A stretch of DNA of 59,996 bases, filler included, from Squatina squatina (Eukaryota), in the NCBI GenBank assembly GCA_031763465.1. It is 4 parts of 3 records of this genome, joined end to end, with 100 filler letters (N's around TTAATTAATTAA, not from the genome) between each part and the next. Parts side by side here need not be neighbours in the genome. Positions count along the whole stretch, not along the records: positions 18,593 to 31,505 come from JARFOE010000234.1; positions 31,606 to 45,732 come from JARFOE010000162.1; 2 more parts are not named here. One strand, given 5' to 3'. Made by a program: the position numbers and the translations under genes. The notes beneath the pieces were generated by a model. The model ran no database searches and was not told the origin of the DNA. It was given only the letters and a program-made list of their open reading frames with translations. Shown piece after piece: positions 27,221-39,011 of this stretch; position 1 is the stretch's first letter, and each line of letters begins with the position of its first letter.

Positions 27221-27325
27221 AATTCTCTACCCCAGAGGGCTGTGGAGGCTCAGACGTTGAGTATATTCAAGACAGAGATCGATAGGTTTTTAGATATTAA
27301 AGGCGCCAAGGGGTATGGGGATAGT
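27221..27325 (+). mobile_element. CR1 LINE 3' fragment
   Basis: [33 protein letters not shown]. Confidence 0.85.
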
Positions 27326-28105
27326 NNNNNNNNNNNNNNNNNNNNNNNNNNNNNNNNNNNNNNNNNNNNNNNNNNNNNNNNNNNNNNNNNNNNNNNNNNN
27401 NNNNNNNNNNNNNNNNNNNNNNNNNNNNNNNNNNNNNNNNNNNNNNNNNNNNNNNNNNNNNNNNNNNNNNNNNNNNNNNNNNNNNNNNNNNNNNNNNNNN
27501 NNNNNNNNNNNNNNNNNNNNNNNNNNNNNNNNNNNNNNNNNNNNNNNNNNNNNNNNNNNNNNNNNNNNNNNNNNNNNNNNNNNNNNNNNNNNNNNNNNNN
27601 NNNNNNNNNNNNNNNNNNNNNNNNNNNNNNNNNNNNNNNNNNNNNNNNNNNNNNNNNNNNNNNNNNNNNNNNNNNNNNNNNNNNNNNNNNNNNNNNNNNN
27701 NNNNNNNNNNNNNNNNNNNNNNNNNNNNNNNNNNNNNNNNNNNNNNNNNNNNNNNNNNNNNNNNNNNNNNNNNNNNNNNNNNNNNNNNNNNNNNNNNNNN
27801 NNNNNNNNNNNNNNNNNNNNNNNNNNNNNNNNNNNNNNNNNNNNNNNNNNNNNNNNNNNNNNNNNNNNNNNNNNNNNNNNNNNNNNNNNNNNNNNNNNNN
27901 NNNNNNNNNNNNNNNNNNNNNNNNNNNNNNNNNNNNNNNNNNNNNNNNNNNNNNNNNNNNNNNNNNNNNNNNNNNNNNNNNNNNNNNNNNNNNNNNNNNN
28001 NNNNNNNNNNNNNNNNNNNNNNNNNNNNNNNNNNNNNNGACTGATCTTCTTCTTAAGCAGTCCCTCAGTGTCAAGGATGACTTGCAAGACTGATAAACCT
28101 TCAGT

Positions 28106-28568
28106 GTCAGCTGTGGCTCAATGGGTAGCATGCTGGCCTCTGAGTCAGAAGGTTGTGGGTTCAAGTCCCACTCCAGGAACTTGAGCACATAAATCTAGGC
28201 TGACTCTCCAGTGCAGTGCTGAGGGAGCGCTACACTGTCAGAGGAGCTGTCTTCTCGATGAGATGTTAAACCGCGGCCCCGTCTGCTCTCTCAGGTGGAT
28301 GTAAAAGATCCTATGGCACTATTTTGAAGCAGAGCAGGGGAGTTATCCCAGTGTCCTGGCCAATATTTATCCCTCAATCAACATAACTAAAACAGTTCAT
28401 TTGGTTATCAAATTGCTGTTTGTGGGAGCTTGCTTTGTGCAAATTGGTTGCCCCGTTTCCCACATTACAACAGTGACTAAACCCGAAAAAGTACTTCTTT
28501 GGCTGTAAAGCACTTTGAGATGTCTGGTGGCCATGAAAGGCACGACATAAATGCAAGTCTTTCTTTTA
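28106..28568 (+). mobile_element. Full-length tRNA-derived Deu-domain SINE (SacSINE1/AmnSINE1-related)
   Basis: Pol III head with A box TGGCTCAATGGG and B box GGTTCAAGTCC. Central gatgagatgttaaaccg..ggatgtaaaagatcctatggcact..gtgtcctggccaatatttatccctca. L2-like tail ending ataaatgcaagtctttctttt. Confidence 0.85.
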
Positions 28569-28827
28569 GTACTCTATAAGATCCATATGCAGACTCGAGG
28601 ACAGCTCCATACAATATAGTGTGTAGGCAATACACAAGGAGCAGAAACAAGTCTTTGTGACAGTGCAGCAGAGCACAGCGGGAGAGCGGAGCATTTAAAA
28701 ACAGCGCGGGAACCCGGCGGCAGAGGCAGTGCAGCGGAGCACATCGGGAGAGCAGATTCAAAACCAACAAAAAAAACAAGGAGTGATGTCCCAGGACAGC
28801 AAGGTAGGTGATTGGTTGGTGAGATTT

Positions 28828-29460
28828 GGGGGTGAAATTTCCCTGTTGTGCACCTCGCGTTAGCGCCACCTGTGGGTGCTAAGGGCGCATGGACCTGTTT
28901 TCTCACGGGGCGGGGGGTCGGTACTGTCTCCTGAGAAATTATGCAGGAGTTAGCGAATGCGCTAACACTGTAGCGCCGCACCCTGCTATTAGTATCCCAG
29001 GCTACCTCACAGCTTGTAATGATGTCAGCACCATACGCAGTGACCCCTTAGCACACTGCGGTGACTACTTTCTGCCCCACGGCAGAAATTGGCCAGCGCC
29101 CCGTGAGGCCGCCGTGGGCAATGTCAGCGCCAGCCTTGCAAGTCGCGAACCGGCCCGCACTCCACTCGCGGGGCGCACCTGCACAGTGCCATTTTGTGTC
29201 GTCCTTTGACTTACGGCCTCCGTGTGACTTTTGTTTTGCGGCGATGGCGCAGCCCGGCACCCAGCATCCCCGGTGGCCGATTGGAACCCCTGAAACCCAT
29301 GCAGAGCTTGCAGCATGCCTTGAACAGAAGGTGAGGGCCTTGCGAACGTGCCAGCACCATGAGGAGAGGCCATGTAGCGCTCCAACTTGCGCCACAGAGC
29401 CGCACCCCCCGAGAGGAAGTGGAAAAGTTCCACCATTTCCACCAGAACCGCACCTGATTT
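28828..29460. mobile_element. GC-rich non-autonomous transposon-like insert
   Basis: Begins gggggtgaaatttccc. CpG-rich block whose overlapping ORFs are low-information and unrecognisable. Confidence 0.4.
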
Positions 29461-29568
29461 AAATACAACTTGTAGAAAAGAGGGGCAAGTTGCCTGCATG
29501 ACTTTTCAAATCAGGAAATGATTGAGCTCAAAGACTTTGAATGTCCATAAACTTTATCTGAAAAATTA

Positions 29569-29750
29569 GGAGGCCACTTTTAACCAAACGGGACTTTGAC
29601 GGGATCCAGTGCAACACTGGTTTTACAACCCGTCCCGATTTTACTCTCCATTGAAGGCAGCGGTAAGTAATATTGGGCGGGGTGTAAAACTGGCATTCCA
29701 CCTGATCCCGAAGGTTCCCCGCCTGGCGGGTTAGGTTAAAATTGCCCCCG
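29569..29750. mobile_element. 182-bp PIF/Harbinger-like MITE
   Basis: Imperfect TIRs (ggaggccacttttaaccaaacggg vs reverse cgggggcaattttaacctaacccg, 17/24 identical), flanked by TTA on both sides (29566-29568, 29751-29753). Confidence 0.65.
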
Positions 29751-31022
29751 TTATTCGACACGTGCGCAAGTTACTTTTTAAAGGCACGGAAGATTTTCAG
29801 CACTGCAGATGTTTTACACTCAAAAGTCACTAAGACAATTCCAGCATTGAGCTGCGCTGTAGGTACAGCATGGTTGGGTCACTGTGCGTAACTGCATCAT
29901 GGCATCAGCATGTTGACTCACTGGACTGATCCAACGCATGTGCAAGGCGATAGAGTGTAGATGTACTATATATAGGGCAGGAAAAGACCAGCTGGTCCAG
30001 CAAGCCTGCCTCACACCATGATGGACAAAACATCATGACTACACACTTCTACCTCCAGCTCCACCCACCCACTTCTCCCCACCTGCAGCCACGTAATCTC
30101 CCGGAAGAGGCAAAAAAGAAAAAATCCAGGGCCGATAAGGGAAAAAATACTCTTGAAAATTCCTCTCCAGAAAACCATGCCTCCCTCTATACTTAACTCA
30201 ACGTGGACTGCCAGTGGTTCAAGCAGGCAGCTCACCGTTTCAAGGGACTAACTAGGGATGGGCAATAAATGCCAGCCTTGCCAGCGACCTAAGATGAATT
30301 AGAAAAAAGATTTACAGTTAATACTGCTGGGCCTGACATATTGAGAGTGAACAGCTCGGCTGCAGCCCCCTCGGGTGCGATTCTGAGATCTTCTAACAGC
30401 ATGGAGCAAGTGCCACTAAATTAACCTTGCTGTGCCAGCAGTCCAAAACAAGCTTATACTTTTAGCTGTCAATAAATAACAAGTTAAAATATATACATAC
30501 ACACAGTGGCTTATAAATCAACAGAGGTCGAACTGCAGAAAAACAAGAGCCACAGACACAGCATCTAGTTACTCGCTTTTCTTTCGTTGCAGCACTGGCC
30601 AAGCAAGCAGGGCAGAGGGAAGTTAGCACACAGTCAGGCTGGGTGGGTGTGTTTTCGCTCACTTAAAGCCCATGGCAGGGAGAAAAAGACAGGAAAGAGT
30701 AAACAATTTGCACCCTGCATCTGTCTCAGCGGATAATAAAATGTCACCGATAGTTGGTTGATCTATTCCAGTCTTAGTAGGGAGTATTCAAAAATCAGAC
30801 AAAGACTTCTTCACAGCTTATACCAATTTTGACAAGACTATAAGATTATTACAGTTCCAGTTTTGTAGTCAATTAGGACACGTGACCTCAGCTACTCCCA
30901 TATACAAAAGAATTTTAAGTAAATGGGGTTTTTAATAGTTTTCACATCACAGGTTTCATGCTTCCTCTCACTGCAGTTTACAGTTTACTCCTCTAATTAG
31001 TAGATCTGCCATGACTAATCAC

Positions 31023-31098
31023 CAAAGGTTCGACGCGCTGTTTTAGTTGCTCGAGGTGTTCTAATATGTTCTTCTTTGTGATGATCCCCAAGATATTC
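31023..31098 (-). CDS. CLCN3: CLCN3 76-nt alternative cassette exon (ClC-3B-specific)
   Basis: Acceptor ggtctgtttcag|G and donor TTG|gtgatt. Translates (G)NILGIITKKNILEHLEQLKQRVEPL; recalled human ClC-3B is GIVLGIITKKNILEHLEQLKQHVEPL. Exactly 76 nt. Not in the ORF track. Confidence 0.92.
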
Positions 31099-31505
31099 CT
31101 GAAACAGACCATGTTATGCTAATGACTGCGTTTTGCAATAAAATGAAGCAAATCATGTTTGTACAGCAGGAAAACAGGTTGCAGAAAATAATTAAAAGTA
31201 AAATTGCATGATAAAAATGCAGCAAATGAAATGCTTAAAAGCTAAGAAGAAAAATAACATGACTTCCCAGGTGCAGTTTTAAACTTTTGAATCAAGCATT
31301 AAGCCCTGCAGTCAAGAGAAATGGACAGTTGTGTCTCAGTAATTTACAATGCTTCAGGTGATTTACAAGAGGCTGACGGGACAAGTTTGCACTGTTAGTG
31401 TTGCACCAGTTACAGTGTTGTCGTCTCCAGGCCTCAGCCTCATAATTGTGAGTGTTACTGGCAGAGCCATCAGCTGCACTGTTAGCCTTTGAAATGATGC
31501 TGTGC

Positions 31506-31605
31506 NNNNNNNNNNNNNNNNNNNNNNNNNNNNNNNNNNNNNNNNNNNNTTAATTAATTAANNNNNNNNNNNNNNNNNNNNNNNNNNNNNNNNNNNNNNN
31601 NNNNN
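31506..31605. other. Artificial scaffold-concatenation spacer
   Basis: TTAATTAATTAA at 31550-31561 within N44 flanks. Confidence 0.97.
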
Positions 31606-33564
31606 TGATCTGAACTTGAGTCTTATCACTATCTGTTGAGGGATGAAGTGATTAAAGGGGTTAAAAGAAAACTTTACTCTTCCTCAGCATGCTAATGGCT
31701 TGTTTTCTTTCTTCTTCATTTGACTGGGATGATGTGTTACTAATTGGATGTGATTTCTCTCGATCTGTACCAATGCCTAGGTGTAACAGCCTTGTTAAAT
31801 TTGTGCACTTTGCTAGCTAACATTCTTGTTTGAAGAATTTCTGTAAGGTGCTTGAAAATTAAGAACTTTTTTTTTTGTGAAAGTTTGTGTATGTTGATAT
31901 GTAGACCATTTATTGTAGTTTAGATTATCTGTGTGACACCCAAGAGCACCAAGACAGATTAAAATCATCGCTAGTGACTTGCATTTTAAAATTTCAGCAG
32001 CTGATGGGTTTCACATTAAAACCCAGCATCCAGAAATCTAATCCGCCCCATAAATTCAATTTAACAAAATGTTCTCTTCACGCTAACACTTCCACTGAAT
32101 GTTGCGATGAGTTTGAACAGAGATTCAACCCATGACCTCACCAGAGCAACAATCCCCTGGGATCACGGGGAGCAGCAGAAATTTGGCATCAAAATCCAAA
32201 GCATGTCTTCAGAATTTTAAACATTTTGAACAATATGTTAGTAAGTAACGCATTACTTGTCAGGATTTTAGACGACTTAGCAATTTTAGTTGTGGATTTA
32301 AAACAACACCGTTTTTGTCCAGTTACTAAATTTTCATGTATTCCTATTGACGGTACGGGAGTGGGACTTCGCTGTATTTTGGGTAATTGATTGGGTGCAG
32401 CACACCACCTTGTGACAATTCCTGCAAATTTCTCCACTTATTGCAGTTTGTTGCCAAATATCTTGATTGTCCACTTCAAGGTGAAAATCCCACTGTCTGA
32501 GTGGATCTGAGCAATCGCCATTCAGATATCACATCAAGGGTTGAACATAGGAACAGGAACAGGACCTCGAGCCTGTTCCACCAGTCAGTTAGATCATGGC
32601 TGATCTGTATCTTAACTCCACCGTAGCTCTGTAACCCTAAATACCTTTACCTAACAAATCTATTGGATTTGTACAGAATGTATCAGCTCCCCAACTTGCC
32701 TCTAACCATCCATTTTAAGGTGTGTAATAAAGGTCAGTAAGGCATTGGTAAGTGTACCTTTATAACATTTAGTATTGTGCGACCAATAGAGTACACCGCT
32801 CCTTTCAGTAAAAGTAATTTTTAAAAAACCATCTTTTTAGTCTGGAATATTTTTGCCCATGGGTAATGTAGGTTTCCTAGCCAATATACTTACTTATTAA
32901 TGTAGTGTTTTTAAAACATTGATTTCAAGGAGAAAATGTATATAAACTGAGACTTTAGTTTCAGCTCCTTAAGGACAATACTCGTATTGTTAAATATTTA
33001 TATATATGTATATGTGTTTGTTTTAGAGGTTGGATACATGCAATCAATCTGCCTTATTCTTCCTTTTTAAAAGTGCTGAGCTTTTTAAAAAGCAAGCAGT
33101 TATAAGTGCTTCCCCTCACCCCTACCCNNNNNNNNNNCCCTACCCTAGGAAATATGCACCATAAAAACTGAACTGATTTGCAGGTCAGTTTACATAGAGT
33201 ATGGGATGTCCAAACTGTGGGACACATCCAGCTCTTGAAGCCCAAGCTGTTCAGTCCTATTTGGGCAGGTATTTCTTTATATTCTTGGGTTTGCCCTGCT
33301 TGAATTTCAAGGGGCTGGGGTTTCATAAAGCAGCGCTGTTGCCTCATTGATGAATAAGTCCTAAATTACATTGCCAATCTTAATTAGTATCAGCAGCTTG
33401 AGATAGATGTATGCAAATTAATGGTAGATGTCGAGAAGATGTTTCCACCTGTGAGGGAGACCAANNNNNNNNNNNNNNNNNNNNNNNNNNNNNNNNNNNN
33501 NNNNNNNNNNNNNNNNNNNNNNNNNNNNNNNNNNNNNNNNNNNNNNNNNNNNNNNNNNNNNNNN

Positions 33565-34108
33565 CACTGGGATCACGTGGGCCAGCCCAACCAATCAGAA
33601 AGCGGATTCCCATTATTTGTGTGGGGATTCCATTTACGTACGGAATCCCACAAGCATAATAGGAATCACCCAAAAAATGCATGTACATAACACTGAAATA
33701 AAATAAAAATACACTACTAAAATTAATTAAAATACAATTTAATTTAACATTTAAAACAAAAATTAAATTTTTTGAAAAATAAATTTAAACATTTTTCAAG
33801 GGGCCAAAAATAACCTAAACTACTTTTACAGGTTTTTGAATGTTAAAATGATTTTTAAAGATTTATTTAAGCCCTTACGCTGGTAAAAGAAGGCCTTATG
33901 CCTGCTTTTACCGGGCGTCTGCTGGGCAGTAGTTATAAATAGCCCCACTGTCCACCCGCAGATCTCCATTTCCCGGGGATGCAGAGGATCTGTCAAGAAG
34001 ATTCTTGATGGATCGCAAGTTTCGCGCAGGCACAGCCCCAGATCTTGCGGGGCACTTATGGCCGCGTATGCTCAGCGTACATGGTCATAGGCCCCGGAAA
34101 ATTTGGAT
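33565..34108. mobile_element. Non-autonomous repeat with internal palindrome, related to 59634-59996
   Basis: Shares TTACGCTGGTAAAA (opposite orientation) and the GATCTGTCAAGA-N4-TCTTGA(C/T)(A/G)GATC palindrome with the element at the window end. Confidence 0.55.
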
Positions 34109-34911
34109 CAGTGTGTTTCTCATTTATATAATATAGGAAAGGAGAGGTGGATAAATTTCCGGTAAGGGCAGAATTAAAGAATGAAGGTTCAAGTATGAGA
34201 GATCTGTGGAATATGTTTAGCTCAGTTGAATGGTGTGAGTTATAAGGGAAAGGAAGAGCTTGCATTTATATAGCGCCTTTCACAACCTGGGGACGTCCCA
34301 AAGCGTTTTACAGCCAATGGAATACCTTTTGAAGTGTAGTCACCGTTGTAATGTATGAAACGTGGCAACCAATTTGCTCACAGTAAGCTCCCACAAAGTT
34401 GGACTACAGTTGGAATATCTTGGAGTTTTATTAACTTAAGGGTCAGAGAAAGGATTTACAAACCTTAATCATCTGGGAGATTGAACTGTGGTTGGTTAAT
34501 TGCGCTAGTAAAGTGAGCTGGGTAGAACCAGTTTACGGACAAATTGTACAGTCTGGCAGAGCGTGCTTGATAGGCAGAGTGCCGTTTTCTTATTCTGTAC
34601 TGTAACTGCAAAATGCTAGAAGCATGCAACAGGATTTTTTCATTAGCTTTCAGCAGTCTTTTTATTTCATTTGTAATCTGGTTCAGAGGTCCACAAGAAC
34701 GAATGTTAGTTGAGACTGGGCTAGCTTTGGTGATCTAGCAGTCAACTCTAATGTTGCTATCTCACTTTGAATCTGTGCCTCAACTAATGTTGGTGTTCTC
34801 CTCACCGGTGGTTGTCAATCGCTCCATCTCGGGTGGGGGTGCATGTTACATCACGAGGGAAACCTCTTAAATGTCATTAATGTTTTCCTCCATTTGTGTT
34901 TTTCTTTCCAG

Positions 34912-35058
34912 TTTGGTAATGAAGAGCAGCAGCTGGAATGGGCGAAAAGGGAGAGTGAAAGAGCAGAACATGAGAGATTAGAGCGGTTACAAAGGCAAGA
35001 GCAAGAGGACCTGGAGCTTGCCATAGCACTCAGCAAAGCAGAAATGTCAAATGTGTAA
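34912..35058 (+). CDS. EPS15L1: EPS15-like 1 last coding exon (tandem UIM motifs)
   Basis: Acceptor tttttctttccag|TTT. FGNEEQQLEWAKRESERAEHERLERLQRQEQEDLELAIALSKAEMSNV*; recalled human is FGNEEQQLAWAKRESEKAEQERLARLRRQEQEDLELAIALSKADMPAA. Convergent with KLF2, as in human. Confidence 0.94.
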   Translation, partial: FGNEEQQLEWAKRESERAEHERLERLQRQEQEDLELAIALSKAEMSNV

Positions 35059-35911
35059 ATAGTGCTCTGGTCCACTCAATCGAAGGCCTGCGAGCTGTCA
35101 AAAAAAAAGGGCAGAAGAAATGGGAAGGAAAGAGAAAGTGGTTGGACACTGGGTATCCTGAATGTACTGGACAGTAACTGGCTCAAAAACCCCTTCCTCT
35201 CCAGATGGCATCTAAACAATCACTTTATGGGCCAGTGGAATAAATCGCATGGACTCCGTTGGGGACACAGAAGGTGATGATGCACAAAGAATGCACTGTG
35301 TAATTAAAAAGGAGATCGAAACCTGTACCATTCTCAGTGAATCGGCAATTCCAGCTCTTGTGTTCATGCACATGAAAGACTTGAAAGCTTTGATACTGAT
35401 GCTAACTAACTTCAACTGCGGTATTGGAGAGAAGCAAAGCCAAACCCCTCCCACCCTCTCTCCCAAAAGGAAAAAATATATAATATATATAAACTNNNNN
35501 NNNNNNNNNNNNNNNNNNNNNNNNNNNNNNNNNNNNNNNNNNNNNNNNNNNNNNNNNNNNNNNNNNNNNNNNNNNNNNNNNNNNNNNNNNNNNNNAATAT
35601 ATATAAACTGCCCGGTTTATTATTCTTTGTGTTGCAAAATACCTCGTGGTGTTTTTGCAGACTCCAAATGTACAGTGTCCTGTTTCATGTTTTATAACAA
35701 CTCGCCCATTACCTCCCCATCAAACATGCCTTAGTGTTACTGCGAGATTGCAGTAAACTTAAAAACCCTGGACAGGAACCACCCTGTTCAGTACAGCTTA
35801 TTAACCTGTAAGGATTTGTACATTATGTCAGTTATATTTGTCCGATAGAATGTTGTGTAACTTAAAAATCTATCAGATTTTAACTCATTGCACATTGCTT
35901 TTCTTTAATAT

Positions 35912-35917
35912 AATAAA
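35912..35917 (+). terminator. EPS15L1: Candidate EPS15L1 polyadenylation signal
   Basis: AATAAA about 850 nt after the stop, at the end of an AU-rich UTR-like tract. Confidence 0.5.
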
Positions 35918-36901
35918 TGTGAGGAGACATTCCTGTACAACTGGACAATGCAGCGCGCTCCCTGATGTTTCAGTACTTTTTGATTGTAGTATAATGAAAG
36001 TCTGTGCAGGGTATCCAAGCTCTCTCATTGTCCTGTGTGTTCTTGTAGCCTGTGATGATAATGTGCAGATTCTTTTCCTGCAACACTGGCCAGAATTNNN
36101 NNNNNNNNNNNNNNNNNNNNNNNNNNNNNNNNNNNNNNNNNNNNNNNNNNNNNNNNNNNNNNNNNNNNNNNNNNNNNNNNNNNNNNNNNNNNNNNNNGGT
36201 CTCCTCAAAACTGGTTGTCCCCAAGCTGGTCCAATCACTGTTTGAGCTGTGCAGGTGAGTCGAACCCATTCCAAGCACAGCAGTGAGCCTGAACACATGG
36301 CAGCCCAGGAGGGTAAAATCCCCATGGGTCCAGGTGAAAACACCAACAGGATAACTAGTAATTCTGTGTAATTCTTGTGAATTACAACAGGAAACAGATA
36401 ACTGGCTGTACTGTGAAGGTTATGGGTCTGTTTTTGGGTGAGGCACAGAATCACCAAATCTCCCAATTGATTCACACATGTGTTACAAATTAATGACATT
36501 TTAAAGAATTTAATGAACTGAAAATGGAATATTTTTGTGCAGATTGCCTTTTGCCAGTTATGTGGTGATGTTAATCATCGTGGAGGCCGATGTATTTAAT
36601 CAGCTGCTCTCTCAGTTTATTGGTCACTGGTGAGTAATTGTGCGAAGGGGAGGTTTCAGAACCTTGGCACAGAGCAGGATTTTCCAGCAGTTACATCGGA
36701 GTTTCAGGGGGACTGGGATTAATATATCCAGATGCCACCAGTCTTGTGCCAACAGATCTTTCTCAGAAAGAAAGTGGTGATTGGAGGGGGGTTTGGGGGT
36801 TNNNNNNNNNNNNNNNNNNNNNNNNNNNNNNNNNNNNNNNNNNNNNNNNNNNNNNNNNNNNNNNNNNNNNNNNNNNNNNNNNNNNNNNNNNNNNNNNNNN
36901 N

Positions 36902-37200
<299 letters not shown>

Positions 37201-37340
37201 AGATTTATATTTAACCAATGATGTGCAATTATACTGTACTGAATTAAAACACTTCAAAAAGCGCTTTGGGATGACCCGGGGTGCTAATATCAATGCAAGT
37301 TGTCTTTCTTTACTGAGTGCGGCGCTACCTTTGCCCTTAC

Positions 37341-38301
37341 CTGTGTGTGTCCTGAGGTGGGCCTTGAGGTGCGAGCTCTTGGTGTAGGTCTTGCCGCAGC
37401 CGCTGTAGGTACAGGTGTGAGTGGCCGTCCTCTTCCTGGGCCAGGAACGCCGGCCCCTCTTGGGTTTGCTGTCCAGGAGCTCGAGGGGCGACGAAGGAGG
37501 GGTGAGCNNNNNNNNNNNNNNNNNNNNNNNNNNNNNNNNNNNNNNNNNNNNNNNNNNNNNNNNNNNNNNNNNNNNNNNNNNNNNNNNNNNNNNNNNNNNN
37601 NNNNNNNGGCCGGGCTGCAGGGCCACTGGGTCGTCGAAGAGGCCGTACTGGTTGGGGTAGTGCATGTGGGGCTGGGCGAAGGGGTAGCCGGGCTGGTAGG
37701 GCAGGCCGGGGTGGCACAGCAGCTGGCAGTCGGCGTTCATCAGGTCCCCGGGGCTGAGCGGAGGGGTGACGGTGCCCCCGGGGTGCGGGGGCGAGTTCTG
37801 CAGCCTCTGCTGCTCGCTGTAAGCCACCATGCACGACCCGCTGTCCTCCCGTTTGATCCGCAGGCAGGCCGGGCTGGGCACCATGCCCACGCCCATGCCC
37901 AGCGCCGGGCCGTAGCCCTCCGCGGCCGGCTCCGGCTCGGTCTTGGGTACCTTGGCCAGATCCTGGCCGGGGAAGACTGGGGCGAGCAGGAAGCGGCCCT
38001 GGACGGCGCAGTAGTCGGTCTCCGAGCCCGAGCCCAGCAGCTCGGCCATCAGACTGTAGGCCGGGGGCTCCCCGGCCCCGGGCTGCTGGTAAAACTGGCC
38101 GGGCTCCTGGCCGGGCACCGCATAGTCCGAGGCGCCGGCAGGGTCGCTGCACATGCTGTTCGACAAGATAAAGTCCACATCCAGCAAACTCAGGTCATCA
38201 TCCGCATCGCTGGCCCATGAGAAATTCTCCAAATACTGCATAAAATCCGTCATTGGGCAGTGGCTCTGAGGCTGTTTGGCCCCATGGTCATTTTTCCATT
38301 T
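37341..38301 (-). CDS. KLF2: KLF2 exon 2 (activation/repression regions, NLS, zinc finger 1); CpG-island-like; contains gap 37508-37607
   Basis: Acceptor ttttgttgcag|AAA and donor ACAG|gtaagg. Motifs [29 protein letters not shown] and [55 protein letters not shown]. Confidence 0.95.
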
Positions 38302-38529
38302 CTGCAACAAAAAAAAATTGAGAGGAAAAAATATTAATATTAGGGTCATTTTAATTTTTGCAAAAAAACAATTGCAAAGTTTTTAAAAAAGTTTTTAGAA
38401 TCTTTAATATTTATTAAATCACTGCATTCAATTAGTCTTTAAATCAGGGGAGAAGTGTGTGTGAGTGTGTGTGTTTACATCACTTCCAAGTGCATAGGCT
38501 GCTGTAAAAAAGTTGAAAACATGACTTAC

Positions 38530-38610
38530 GTTGCAATAGTCTTGCTTGTCCCACATCTTGGGAGTTGCAAATGTAGAAATGGACGGTAAGATGGTGCCGC
38601 TCAATGCCAT
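38530..38610 (-). CDS. KLF2: KLF2 exon 1 coding part (27 codons, phase 0)
   Basis: MALSGTILPSISTFATPKMWDKQDYCN|gtaagt matches the KLF2 N-terminus (MALS..ILPS.STFA) and is in phase with exon 2. Confidence 0.93.
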
Positions 38611-38758
38611 CTGTGCCTCTCAAACTTCACTCAAAGGGTTTTTCCCACCCCCCCCCAGTTTGCATGAAAGTTGTCCTGGGCACGCCGCTTGGTACGAGAG
38701 ACAGACTCCGGCAGAGTTTCACAGCACAGGGAGGCTGCGAGCTCCGGTTAAGTACTGG

Positions 38759-38790
38759 TTTTAAGTTGTGCAGCGGGTGCCTGCGATTGG
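38759..38790 (-). promoter_or_regulatory. KLF2: KLF2 core promoter: TATA-like CTTAAAA (38759-38765) and CCAAT box (38786-38790)
   Basis: Motifs read directly, 150-180 nt upstream of the ATG. The TSS is not determined. Confidence 0.5.
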
Positions 38791-38880
38791 TAGGATATCG
38801 GCGAGTTAGCCGAGAACTTGAACCAATTGCAGTGGGCTCAGGAAACACGTTCAGGATGAGAATCGTACGCGAGTAAATGT

Positions 38881-38906
38881 CCTAAATTTAGCCGGAGTAT
38901 ATAAAG
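38881..38906 (-). promoter_or_regulatory. KLF2: KLF2 proximal conserved element: TTATATAC-N5-CTAAATTTAG (MEF2 site)
   Basis: Minus strand reads CTTTATATACTCCGGCTAAATTTAGG. The recalled mammalian shear-responsive element is GCTTATATACCGCGGCTAAATTTAGG. The MEF2 consensus YTAWWWWTAR is perfect. Confidence 0.85.
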
Positions 38907-39011
38907 CGAGCACTGGTCGGGAGAGCGAGAGGCCGAGTGGACCATCTCCAGGCGCCTTCCCCTCTTCTTAAAGCTGTCAGGGTTGTGCCGTCTCCATAGG
39001 GACGCTGCACA

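Noticed and set aside
28106-28180. tRNA gene
   Set aside because: The A and B boxes belong to a SINE head that continues into SINE body and tail.
37300-38220. 306-aa antisense ORF and 271-aa alternative-frame ORF over KLF2 exon 2
   Set aside because: These are the expected shadows of GC-rich coding sequence. Both cross an N gap and contain no recognisable domain.
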